The notes under the pieces are model-generated. The model did not search any database and had not been told where the DNA came from. It saw only the letters and a program-made list of their open reading frames with translations. The position numbers and the translations under genes were made by a program. This document shows, piece after piece, positions 15,257 through 24,059 of a stretch of DNA of 59,463 nt. Location: contig JAKLFF010000005.1 of assembly GCA_022711335.1 (NCBI GenBank), positions 1-59,463 of the forward strand, read 5' to 3'. This DNA is from Patescibacteria group bacterium. GTDB taxonomy: Bacteria > Patescibacteriota > Minisyncoccia > Moranbacterales > UBA2206. How positions within the stretch are numbered: the stretch's first letter is position 1; every line of letters begins with the position of its first letter.

Positions 15257-16117
15257 ATGATCAATAATAAAAAATTATACTTTATTCTTCTATTCCTATT
15301 CGTCCTTTGCCTCATTCTCCTTGGCATAATTTTTAGCTCCCAAAAACAGGAACTCTCTGTCAATTTTTTCGATGTCGGGCAAGGGGATGCGATTTTAATA
15401 TCGCAAGGCAATAAACAAGTTTTGATTGATGGCGGGCCGAACGGGCAAATATTATTAGAGAAGCTGGGAGAATATATTCCTTTTTGGGACCGGAATATTG
15501 AAGTGATGATTGCCACTCATCCGGATCAGGATCATATTGATGGCCTTATCGATGCTATGAAAGCGTATGGCGTCAGCGAAATAATCGATAATTCTGCCCA
15601 GTCTGATTCGCAGGTGTATAAAAAATATCGGGAAACTATCGAAGAAAAAAACATTCCAAGACTTAAAGGGCAGGCAGGAATGAACATCAAAATCAGCAAC
15701 GAAGCAAATCTGGAAATATTATATCCGGGAGAGAATCTGGAAAACAATCCCAAAGATACCAACGCGGACAGCATTGTTTCAAAATTATCATTTGGAGATA
15801 ATTCATTTCTGCTGACCGGAGACCTTCCTGATAATAAAGAGCAAGAGTTGGCCGATAAAAATATTAATTTAAAATCAGGCGTATTAAAAGTCAGCCATCA
15901 TGGTTCAAAATACGCCACCACTTCAGAATTTCTGGAAAAAGTCATGCCGGACGATGCGGTTATCTCCGCTGGAAAAAATAACCGTTATGGCCACCCATCC
16001 CAAGAAGTTCTGGATAGATTGAATGAGAAAAAGATAAATATTTTAAGAACTGATGAAAGAGGAGACATTAAATATATCTGTGATAATACTGGAGAACTGT
16101 GCATATTAGATTTATAG
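15257..16117 (+). CDS. membrane-anchored MBL-fold hydrolase (ComEC C-terminal domain type)
   Basis: Start moved to ATG 15257, because the 34 upstream codons are repeat sequence. It has a TM anchor, then FFDVGQGDAILI, ATHPDQDHIDGL, VSHHGSKY and NRYGHPS. Confidence 0.8.
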   Translation: MINNKKLYFILLFLFVLCLILLGIIFSSQKQELSVNFFDVGQGDAILISQGNKQVLIDGGPNGQILLEKLGEYIPFWDRNIEVMIATHPDQDHIDGLIDAMKAYGVSEIIDNSAQSDSQVYKKYRETIEEKNIPRLKGQAGMNIKISNEANLEILYPGENLENNPKDTNADSIVSKLSFGDNSFLLTGDLPDNKEQELADKNINLKSGVLKVSHHGSKYATTSEFLEKVMPDDAVISAGKNNRYGHPSQEVLDRLNEKKINILRTDERGDIKYICDNTGELCILDL

Positions 16118-16126
16118 AGAAATAAA

Positions 16127-16249
16127 CAAGCCAATAAATCCCAATGCCAAAATCCAAATTTCCAATCAAATCTCAAGCTCAAAATCCAAAAATTTGGAAT
16201 TGGGATTTTAGATTTTATTTGATATTTGAAATTTGGATTTGGGATTTGA
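16127..16249. repeat. opposed heptamer arrays (TCCAAAT/TCCCAAT dialect)
   Basis: AATCCCAATGCCAAAATCCAAATTTCCAATCAAATC... is followed by ...TTGGAATTGGGATTTTAGATTTTATTTGATATTTGAAATTTGGATTTGGGATTTG. Confidence 0.85.
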
Positions 16250-16326
16250 CAATTATTTTCTTGCCAAAACCTAATTTTAATGATAAATTAAATTTATTGA
16301 TAATTACTTAATTTAACGATAATCCT

Positions 16327-16527
16327 ATGCCAGTAGCCAGACAACGCCATACCAAAGCCAGGCGCGACAGAGCGAGAGTGTTTTTGAAACTCAAGCCGAA
16401 AAAATTAGTCGAGTGTACAAATTGCAAGACAGAAATAGTGCCGCACAAAGCCTGCCCTAAATGCGGATATTATAAAGGCAAAGAAGTAATTGACACGATG
16501 AAGAAGGTTAATAAAAAGAAAAAATAA
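16327..16527 (+). CDS. rpmF: 50S ribosomal protein L32
   Basis: MPVARQRHTKARRDRAR... with CTNC...CPKCG. Confidence 0.9.
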   Translation: MPVARQRHTKARRDRARVFLKLKPKKLVECTNCKTEIVPHKACPKCGYYKGKEVIDTMKKVNKKKK

Positions 16528-16538
16528 AATAATTTCAT

Positions 16539-16655
16539 ATCCTCCTCTCCCTTAGGGAGAGGATGCCCAAAGGGCAGGAGAGGGAAGGAGTTTTGGAGGT
16601 GCCTCCCTTATCCGGCCTACGGCCACCTTCTCCCGAGGGGAGAAGGGGAAAAAGA
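16539..16655 (+). repeat. GC-rich ~115-nt hairpin element, full copy 3
   Basis: Lies between rpmF and nusB and is near-identical to copy 2. Confidence 0.9.
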
Positions 16656-16669
16656 AAAAACTAGCTTAT

Positions 16670-17176
16670 ATGGCAAATCGGCACCTTTCAAGATCTATCG
16701 CAATGCAATCGCTCTATGAGTGGGACTTTAACGGACAAAATAAAAGCAAAATTGATGCGATAATCAAAAAAAATGTAGCCGAATTCGGACCGGGAATGGA
16801 GGATACGCAGTTTGTGGAAAATCTTGTAAAAAATACGATTGAAAATCAAGACAAGATAGATCCGCTTATTGAAAAATGCGCGCCGGAGTGGCCTCTTGAC
16901 CAGGTTACTATTGTTGACCGTAATATCTTGCGCCTCGGCATATATGAGCTTCTTTTTGGAAATTATGAAGAAGTTCCTCCTAAAGTGGCCATCAATGAAG
17001 CCATAGAATTGGCTAAGTCTTTTGGGGGAGGAGCGTCAGGACGGTTTGTAAATGGAGTGCTTGGGACGATATATCGCGAGCTGGGGGAGCCGATGAAGGA
17101 CGACACCTCAAAAAAGGATAAAATTGGTAAAAACTTGGAAGAGAGTGACAATTCCAAGAAAAAGGGTAAAAAATAA
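16670..17176 (+). CDS. nusB: transcription antitermination factor NusB
   Basis: [38 protein letters not shown]...FVNGVLG. Confidence 0.85.
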   Translation: MANRHLSRSIAMQSLYEWDFNGQNKSKIDAIIKKNVAEFGPGMEDTQFVENLVKNTIENQDKIDPLIEKCAPEWPLDQVTIVDRNILRLGIYELLFGNYEEVPPKVAINEAIELAKSFGGGASGRFVNGVLGTIYRELGEPMKDDTSKKDKIGKNLEESDNSKKKGKK

Positions 17177-17182
17177 CATTTT

Positions 17183-17298
17183 TAATTTACAATTTACAAT
17201 TATCAATTTTCAATCAATTTACAATTTTCAATTATTTAATTTTTAAAATTATTAAATTGAAAATTGATTGTAAATTGTGAATTGATAATTGAAAATTG
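17183..17298. repeat. opposed heptamer arrays (TTACAAT dialect)
   Basis: TTTACAATTTACAATTATCAATTTTCAATCAATTTACAATTTTCAAT... is followed by ...ATTGAAAATTGATTGTAAATTGTGAATTGATAATTGAAAATTG, which runs into the rnc start. Confidence 0.85.
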
Positions 17299-17997
17299 CT
17301 TAGTATTGTGCTTGAAAAGCTTTCTAAAAAACTAGGTGTAAAATTCAATAATCTTGATCTTTTGAAAACAGCCGTCACTCACCGGTCCTATTTGAATGAG
17401 CACCGGAGCTACAAATTGGAACACAACGAACGTTTGGAATTTTTGGGCGACGCGGTTTTGGAACTGGTTGTGACCGAATATCTTTATAAAAATTATAAAA
17501 ATCCCGAAGGTGAGCTGACTAATTGGCGGGCAGCTTTGGTAAACGGAGAAATGCTGGCCAAAATTTCCAAAAAACTGGGAGTAGAAGAGTTTCTTATGAT
17601 GAGCCGGGGAGAAGCGAAAGATACGGGACGGGCGCGCCAATATCTTCTGGCCAACGCCTTTGAGGCCATTGTTGGAGCGATTTATCTGGATCAGGGGAAA
17701 GATGGATACAAAGAGTCAGAAAAATTTATCACAAAAAATGTAATCGTGGAACTTCCGGAAATTTTGGAAAATAAGTCTTATCAGGATCCCAAAAGCCGCT
17801 TTCAGGAAGAAGCGCAGGACAAATCCGGCGTTACTCCTTCATATCGCGTTCTCAGCGAGTCTGGTCCGGATCATGATAAAAAATTCGTAGTAGGCGTATA
17901 TTTAAATGACGAATTAGTGGCCAAAGGTGAAGGGCAATCCAAACAGGAAGCTCAAAGGAAGGCAGCGGAAGAAGGATTAAAAATAAAGGGATGGTAG
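17296..17997 (+). CDS. rnc: ribonuclease III
   Basis: ERLEFLGDAVLE signature plus a C-terminal dsRBD (...GEGQSKQEAQRKAAEEGL). TTG start. Confidence 0.9.
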   Translation: MLSIVLEKLSKKLGVKFNNLDLLKTAVTHRSYLNEHRSYKLEHNERLEFLGDAVLELVVTEYLYKNYKNPEGELTNWRAALVNGEMLAKISKKLGVEEFLMMSRGEAKDTGRARQYLLANAFEAIVGAIYLDQGKDGYKESEKFITKNVIVELPEILENKSYQDPKSRFQEEAQDKSGVTPSYRVLSESGPDHDKKFVVGVYLNDELVAKGEGQSKQEAQRKAAEEGLKIKGW

Positions 17998-18039
17998 CAT
18001 AATTTGCAGATGACGGAGAATATATATTTATACAGAAAT

Positions 18040-18092
18040 AAAGTCAAAAGTCAAAAGTCAAAATGCAAAATTACAATCCAAAATTCAAAAGT
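18040..18092. repeat. CAAAA-type heptamer array (left arm flanking the four-helix-bundle gene)
   Basis: AAAGTCAAAAGTCAAAAGTCAAAATGCAAAATTACAATCCAAAATTCAAAAG. It also encodes the first 10 codons of the ORF. Confidence 0.85.
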
Positions 18093-18437
18093 GATTTGAA
18101 ATTCAGATGCTATAAATTCAGCCTTGATATAATTGCTTTAGCTGATACTTTACCAAGCAAGAAAAGCGCTTGGATAATAATCGACCAGTTAATAAGATCC
18201 GCTACTTCAATTGGAGCTAATTTAGTTGAAGCCAAAGCTTCTAGCTCCAGGCTGGAATTCAAAAAATTCTACGAAATATCTCTTAAATCAGCTAATGAAA
18301 CCAAATACTGGTTATGTTTGTTGCGTGATACAAGATTAACTAAAAAAGAAACAATAGAAAAGTTATTGAAAGAAGTAGCAGAGCTGGCTAACATGCTGGC
18401 CAGTGGAGTCTTAAAATTAAAAAACAAGAAATTTTGA
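18063..18437 (+). CDS. four-helix-bundle protein (23S rRNA intervening-sequence protein family)
   Basis: 124 aa: ...IDQLIRSATSIGANLVEA...EFKKFYEISLKSANETKYWLCLL..., the family pattern as I remember it. Confidence 0.7.
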   Translation: MQNYNPKFKSDLKFRCYKFSLDIIALADTLPSKKSAWIIIDQLIRSATSIGANLVEAKASSSRLEFKKFYEISLKSANETKYWLCLLRDTRLTKKETIEKLLKEVAELANMLASGVLKLKNKKF

Positions 18438-18482
18438 CTTCTGACTTGCATTTTTGACTTTTGCCTTTTGAATTTTGAATTA
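18433..18482. repeat. TTTTG-type heptamer array (right arm flanking the four-helix-bundle gene)
   Basis: TTTGACTTCTGACTTGCATTTTTGACTTTTGCCTTTTGAATTTTGAATT. Confidence 0.85.
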
Positions 18483-18486
18483 ACTT

Positions 18487-20814
18487 ATGTATTTAAAAAA
18501 GCTCGAAATCTCCGGTTTCAAATCATTTGCCAGCAAAACTACGCTGGATTTTTGTGGCACTAAAAACGGCAATGTTTTAGGCGTGACAGTGATTGTTGGG
18601 CCGAACGGAAGCGGGAAATCGAACGTGGCCGATGCCATGCGCTGGGTGATGGGCGAGCAGTCCATGAAAAATCTCCGCGGGAAAAAATCCGAGGATATTA
18701 TTTTTGCCGGCAGCGGAAAAAAAGCGCGTCTTGGAAGCGCCGGGGTTACGATGTATCTCGACAATTCCGACAAAAAAATCGCGCTTGATTTCAATGAAGT
18801 GGCGATTTCCAGAAAAATTTACCGGAGCGGCGAAAGCGAATTTCTTATCAACGGTTCGCGCGTCCGGCTTCAGGACATTGTTGATACGCTGGCAAAGGCG
18901 GGAATCGGAAAAGAAAGCTATACGATAATCAACCAAGGCATGGCAGACGCAATTCTTTCAGCTTCACCTCTCGAGCGGAGGGGCATAATCGAAGAAGCGG
19001 CGGGAGTGAAACAATATCAGATAAAAAAAGAGCGCTCTATCCGGAAATTGGATTCAACCAGGGAAAATCTGGCACGGGCCAGGGATTTAATTGAGGAAAT
19101 AAAGCCGCATCTCAAGATGCTTAAAAGACAGGCGGATAAAGCGGCTCAGAGCAAAGAAGTGGCTGATGAACTAAAAAATAAGCAAAGCAGGCTCTATTCT
19201 TATCTCTGGCATAATTTCCAGTCGGAGAAAAGCAAATTTAATGAAGAGAAGGAAGAAGCGGGAAGGCGGATGATGAACATCCAGCGGGAAGTGGACAGAC
19301 TGTCCGACGAGATCGGCAAAGAATCGAAAGAAAACACCCAAAACACCCGTTTGGCTGAACTTGAAAAGAAATTGCGCGAAGAAAAAAGCCTTCTCAGCCA
19401 GCTGGATCGGGATCTGATTATTACAGAAGGCAGAATTGAAATCGAGAAAGAAAAGGAGAAAAATCGGGCCATGCTCGAAGAGATTCAGATAAAAAGCATC
19501 ACGGTCGATTCAAACTACATTAAATCGGGAATCGATGAGATAAAAAAGGACCAGGAAACGCTTATAAAAAAGCTGGAGCAGGCGGAAAAAATGGAAGATT
19601 TACAGGATATAAGGGAGTTTGCGAGGGTTATTGCCCAAAAGATTCACGATTTAAGAACGGACATCGAAAAAGGGCGGAAGGAAGAAAAAATTGGGAAAAA
19701 AGAAGCAACTCCAAAAATAGAAGAAAAAAGAGATAATTCAATTTTGCTTGAGCTGAAAGAAAAAACGATAAAACTAAGAGAGGAGATAAAAAAAACAGAA
19801 GAAGAAATTGCGAAAACGGAAAAAGAAATTCAGGAAGAAGTGGCCAGCGATAGGGAGAAAAGGCAGAAATTTTTTGAACTGGAAAGAAAATTGCGGATGA
19901 AACAAGACGAATTAAATAAGCTTAAAGATCTGTTCAACGAATCTAAGATAACCCTGGCCAAGATTGAAGTTCGCGAAGATGATTTGCGTGCGGAAGTGAA
20001 AAACGAGCTGAAAAAAGGAGCTTCGGAACTTGAAAGGCTGGAAGGAAGTGTTAACCGAGCGGAACTGGAGCATGAAATATCCAAATTGAAAGTCAAGATG
20101 GAGCAAATCGGCGGGATTGATCCTTTGGTTGTTTCGGAATATGAAGAAACCAAAAACAGATTCGAATTTCTTACTAGCGAATCAGCGGATCTTGAACGGG
20201 CGATAGTTTCTTTAAAAGAAGTTATCCGGGAAATGGACGGAAAAATAAAAAAATCATTCGAGGAAACATTTTCTGAAATAGACAAGGAATTTTCCAAATA
20301 TTTCCGGATAATTTTCGGCGGAGGGCAAGCGGAACTTAGGAAGTTCAAAGTTCAAAGTTCAAAGTTAAAAGTTAAGGAGAAAGATTCAATTAATGATGAA
20401 AATAGTGATGATGTGAATGAGAATGAAGAGGAAAGGGAGGAAGAAGACAAGATTGGAATAGAAATATATGCCTGTCCGCCGGGAAAAAGGATTTCCAGCC
20501 TTTCCATACTTTCCGGAGGGGAGAGATCGCTCACATCTCTGGCGCTTCTTTTTGCCATCATTTCCCATAATCCTCCGCCTTTTTCCATTCTTGACGAAGT
20601 GGAGGCGGCGCTTGATGAAGCCAATTCCAAGCGCTTCAGCCGGATTCTTTTTGAACTTTCCAAAAACACCCAGTTCATAATTATTTCCCACAACCGCGAA
20701 ACTATGCGCCAGGCTTCGCTTCTCTACGGCGTAACGATGGGCGAAGACGGAATTTCCAAGCTTCTTTCCGTTCGGCTGGATCAGGTGGGACAGGGAGGAA
20801 AGATCGTGGAATAA
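18487..20814 (+). CDS. smc: short SMC-family chromosome partition ATPase without a recognisable hinge
   Basis: SMC head N-terminus FKSFASKT...GPNGSGKSNVADAMRWVMGEQS. C-terminal head has LSGGERSL and ILDEVEAALD. It is only 775 aa, and the middle is uninterrupted K/E-rich coiled coil. Confidence 0.8.
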   Translation: MYLKKLEISGFKSFASKTTLDFCGTKNGNVLGVTVIVGPNGSGKSNVADAMRWVMGEQSMKNLRGKKSEDIIFAGSGKKARLGSAGVTMYLDNSDKKIALDFNEVAISRKIYRSGESEFLINGSRVRLQDIVDTLAKAGIGKESYTIINQGMADAILSASPLERRGIIEEAAGVKQYQIKKERSIRKLDSTRENLARARDLIEEIKPHLKMLKRQADKAAQSKEVADELKNKQSRLYSYLWHNFQSEKSKFNEEKEEAGRRMMNIQREVDRLSDEIGKESKENTQNTRLAELEKKLREEKSLLSQLDRDLIITEGRIEIEKEKEKNRAMLEEIQIKSITVDSNYIKSGIDEIKKDQETLIKKLEQAEKMEDLQDIREFARVIAQKIHDLRTDIEKGRKEEKIGKKEATPKIEEKRDNSILLELKEKTIKLREEIKKTEEEIAKTEKEIQEEVASDREKRQKFFELERKLRMKQDELNKLKDLFNESKITLAKIEVREDDLRAEVKNELKKGASELERLEGSVNRAELEHEISKLKVKMEQIGGIDPLVVSEYEETKNRFEFLTSESADLERAIVSLKEVIREMDGKIKKSFEETFSEIDKEFSKYFRIIFGGGQAELRKFKVQSSKLKVKEKDSINDENSDDVNENEEEREEEDKIGIEIYACPPGKRISSLSILSGGERSLTSLALLFAIISHNPPPFSILDEVEAALDEANSKRFSRILFELSKNTQFIIISHNRETMRQASLLYGVTMGEDGISKLLSVRLDQVGQGGKIVE

Positions 20815-21073
20815 AGGGTAATCTTATAATATCAAGATCTTTTCATTATGAAATACTTAGACAACTTCTTGACAAAAGACTTTGTGTTTTTTGAAAAAAT
20901 GTGGTAATATGCAAATATGAAAATAGAACAAAAATAAGAGTATTAATCTTAATGACGGACAATTTTTAAAAATTTTCCATAAAAAATTAGAAATAAATTA
21001 AAAAAACTTAATTTTTTTAGAATAACTATTCCGGAATTCAATTGGGTCGAATAGTATTCAAAAAAACAAAAAA

Positions 21074-23989
21074 ATGAAAAACAAAAAAAGAGCGATAGTA
21101 ACCGGATTGATATCTCTGATGTTGCTTTTTAGCGCCGCTGCGGCCTTGGCGCAGGAAGATCCTCCAATAAATTCAAATCAGGAAGCAATTGTTCTGGCTA
21201 CCGTAAATATTGACAATGCCAAAATTATTTCCAGAAATGGAAATGATTTCAAAATAAGTTTTGATTTAAGCAACACCAGGAACGTCCAGCCGGATGTCCG
21301 TTATGGAATTCAGGTTTATCGGAAAGAAGGCAATGAAAAATTCGTAGTTTATCAAAATATTTATAAAGAAGTCCTTTCTTTGTCGGAAAACTTCGAAGAA
21401 ACCAAGCAGATAGATTTCAGCTTGCCTTCTTTTCTCAAGGGTACCTATAATTTGAGCCTTATTGTTTCTGGCACTTCCGGGCTTGAATTTGCCGAAGAAA
21501 AATTGGGCGAAATCAATGCCGAAGGATCGGCTGAATATATTGAAATAGCGCCTGAAAAATGCAGTTTATTGCTTAATGACGGATCAAAAATATATAAATA
21601 TCCTTTAGATTATGGAGTCGATGTCGGACAAAATGACCAGCTCTATTTCAGCTGCAAAACAGACAGCCATTACGCTAAAGATATGGAAGCGACGGTTTCT
21701 CTCACCACTTTTTGGAGAAATATGTTTGGAGAGAAGATTTCCGAAGAAAATGGAGGAACTTTGAAAATTATTCCAGGCGAAAGCGAAACAGGAAAAATAA
21801 ACATCAATAAAATAAGCAAGCCCCAGGCATATGACTTGGTTTTTCAGCTAAAGGACAAGAGGGGAAATGCTGTATCTAATCCGGTGGTTTTTCACTATGT
21901 CGTTCAGGGGCCAAGCGCTACGATTCAAAATATCCGATCTGATAAAACCAGTTATGCGAAGAACGAAATTGCCAATGTATATTTCAATTGCACGTCTTCG
22001 GCTGATTCATATGCCGGTTCCCGATCCGGGGGGACAAAAATAGAGAAGGCCAGTGTGGAGATAGATATTGTTGATGGGAAAAAAAATAAATGCTCAAACG
22101 CGATTGTGAAGGAAATATATCCGACTGCGGACATGGAAAATGTCAATTTCCAGGTGCCTATAACAAGGGACTGCCCTGATCCGATTGCTCAAGTGAAAAT
22201 TAAGGATGGCGATAATGTTTTGGACGGGCGGTCATTCGTTTTATTTAGCAGCAAAATTGAGCAACCTGAATCTGGAAAAATATCCCCGGAAACAGTTTTA
22301 AAAATCTTAATTTATCTGATTTGTATTTTGTGTTTTTTAATAGTCGCTTTTATCTTAGTTAAAAGAAAAATTCCCGGTTCCCTAAAAAGTTTTATAATTT
22401 TGGCAATAGTGTTGTCAGGCATGGTTTTTTTCGGTTCTGAAAACGCACGAGCTGATATTTTTGATGTTTCAGGAGGGGATTTCGGATCTGCAGTTTATCA
22501 AGTCAGATCGCCAGCAAGAGTCAATAGCGGAGGAACTCTTAATGTTTATGGAAAGGCTAATAGGTCCAGTGTATGTGATAACGGAGGCGGTGATGCTTTC
22601 GCTCGCTTGCTGGTTGATATTAGGGTTCCCGGATATGAAGGAGAAAGAACTCTCTTTGAATGGGAATATTATGGAGAAGGAGGGCCAGAAATTTGTTATA
22701 TGCAATTGGGGGAATTAGTATGTTATAAGACGCCCTCATCAACAGGAAATACAGAAGGCAGTTTCTCGATTCCTTTGAATACCGTCCCCCCGGGGGATTA
22801 TAATGTTGTTTTTCGCGGTTTTGCCGGCTTTAAGAATTGGAATTATGGATATTATACAATGCCTCTGAAAGTAAGATGCAATCAGCCGCCAATGCCAAGC
22901 CCGACTTATTGGATAAGCAATACCGAAGTCGGAACGGGCGAAAACTTTACTGTTACCTGCAATTATGGAGTTGCAACAGAGGCGATTGACGCTACGGTCG
23001 GGGGAGGAGAATGTTCTCGAAGTTATTTTGAGGGCACCTCGGCTGTATTCAATTGCACGGCCGGAAAGATACCTGCCACCCGTACCGTAAGATGCGTTAT
23101 GAATTCAGTTTCTCCCGAATATTATTGCGCCGGAAAAGATATAATAGGCACGATTAATGTTGTGGGCAACAACGCCCCAGCCGCAATGATTGAATATCCC
23201 TTAGAAGGCGTCGAACTTGATAAGAACGACACAGCCACAAACCTGGAATTAAAAGGCATAGGAACCGATCCGGACGGATCGATAACAAAGCACCAGTGGT
23301 TTTTGAAAAAATGCGATACAGATCCTTCTACAGGGGAGGTTGTTTGCAATTGTAACGAAGATGCTGAAACAGGCGAAATAAGTTGTACCGGAAATCCCAA
23401 ATATTCCAGTGATGTTAATGAAGTCGGAACTTCCTATAACACCCAAGGCATCAGCAGTCTGGCGGTGAGAACAGATCCTTACGTTTTTTATTACCGGGTA
23501 CGGGACAATGACGGAAGATGGTCTGCGTTTGCTAAGCGGTCGTTTAAAATAATTCAAAAAAACACGCTGACTGTCGGCATAAATCCGGCCGGATACGGGA
23601 GAGTTTCTTCTGTAGACGGATATATTAATTGTTCAGGATCGGGAGAATCGGGGGATATATGTTCATATAAATATCTTGACGGAACATCTGTCATGCTTCG
23701 AGCTACTTGGACAAGCGGGCGCGTATTTAAGAATTGGACTATTGATGGAGTTCTTTCAGGAAAAGTTAATCCAAGAAGTATAGTTTTAGGAAAAGATAAA
23801 GCCGTGGTAGCTAATTTTGAGGAAGAACCGAAATCTGTTTGCGTTCCTCGTACTTCCGATAGCAATTATTGCAAGGAAAATGCATCAAAATATTGCATTG
23901 GTACCAAATTTCCCGAAGACATTTGCAACTCCTATGTTTGTGAAGGAACCAAAGACTGCACCAGCTGGATAGAAACAGGTCCGGAATAA
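21074..23989 (+). CDS. large secreted/membrane surface protein, paralog of 5687..8860
   Basis: 971 aa. It has the same layout as 5687..8860: signal peptide ending ALAQE, a related N-domain (FKISFDLSN...VQPDVRYGIQV vs FEVSFDILNQ..IQPYVKYAVNL), a TM helix, a basic loop, then a second SP-like helix ending ARA-D. The C-terminal half has a PKD-like segment (GIGTDPDGSITKHQWF) and an InlB-B-repeat-like segment. Confidence 0.7.
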   Translation: MKNKKRAIVTGLISLMLLFSAAAALAQEDPPINSNQEAIVLATVNIDNAKIISRNGNDFKISFDLSNTRNVQPDVRYGIQVYRKEGNEKFVVYQNIYKEVLSLSENFEETKQIDFSLPSFLKGTYNLSLIVSGTSGLEFAEEKLGEINAEGSAEYIEIAPEKCSLLLNDGSKIYKYPLDYGVDVGQNDQLYFSCKTDSHYAKDMEATVSLTTFWRNMFGEKISEENGGTLKIIPGESETGKININKISKPQAYDLVFQLKDKRGNAVSNPVVFHYVVQGPSATIQNIRSDKTSYAKNEIANVYFNCTSSADSYAGSRSGGTKIEKASVEIDIVDGKKNKCSNAIVKEIYPTADMENVNFQVPITRDCPDPIAQVKIKDGDNVLDGRSFVLFSSKIEQPESGKISPETVLKILIYLICILCFLIVAFILVKRKIPGSLKSFIILAIVLSGMVFFGSENARADIFDVSGGDFGSAVYQVRSPARVNSGGTLNVYGKANRSSVCDNGGGDAFARLLVDIRVPGYEGERTLFEWEYYGEGGPEICYMQLGELVCYKTPSSTGNTEGSFSIPLNTVPPGDYNVVFRGFAGFKNWNYGYYTMPLKVRCNQPPMPSPTYWISNTEVGTGENFTVTCNYGVATEAIDATVGGGECSRSYFEGTSAVFNCTAGKIPATRTVRCVMNSVSPEYYCAGKDIIGTINVVGNNAPAAMIEYPLEGVELDKNDTATNLELKGIGTDPDGSITKHQWFLKKCDTDPSTGEVVCNCNEDAETGEISCTGNPKYSSDVNEVGTSYNTQGISSLAVRTDPYVFYYRVRDNDGRWSAFAKRSFKIIQKNTLTVGINPAGYGRVSSVDGYINCSGSGESGDICSYKYLDGTSVMLRATWTSGRVFKNWTIDGVLSGKVNPRSIVLGKDKAVVANFEEEPKSVCVPRTSDSNYCKENASKYCIGTKFPEDICNSYVCEGTKDCTSWIETGPE

Positions 23990-24010
23990 TCCTAAAGCAT
24001 CTTCAAAAAA

Positions 24011-24034
24011 AGGAACACCCGCGTGTTCCTTTTT
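24011..24034 (+). terminator. intrinsic terminator
   Basis: AGGAACAC-CCGC-GTGTTCCT followed by TTTT. Confidence 0.75.
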
Positions 24035-24059
24035 AGTCTTTGTGTGATATAATTATTTT

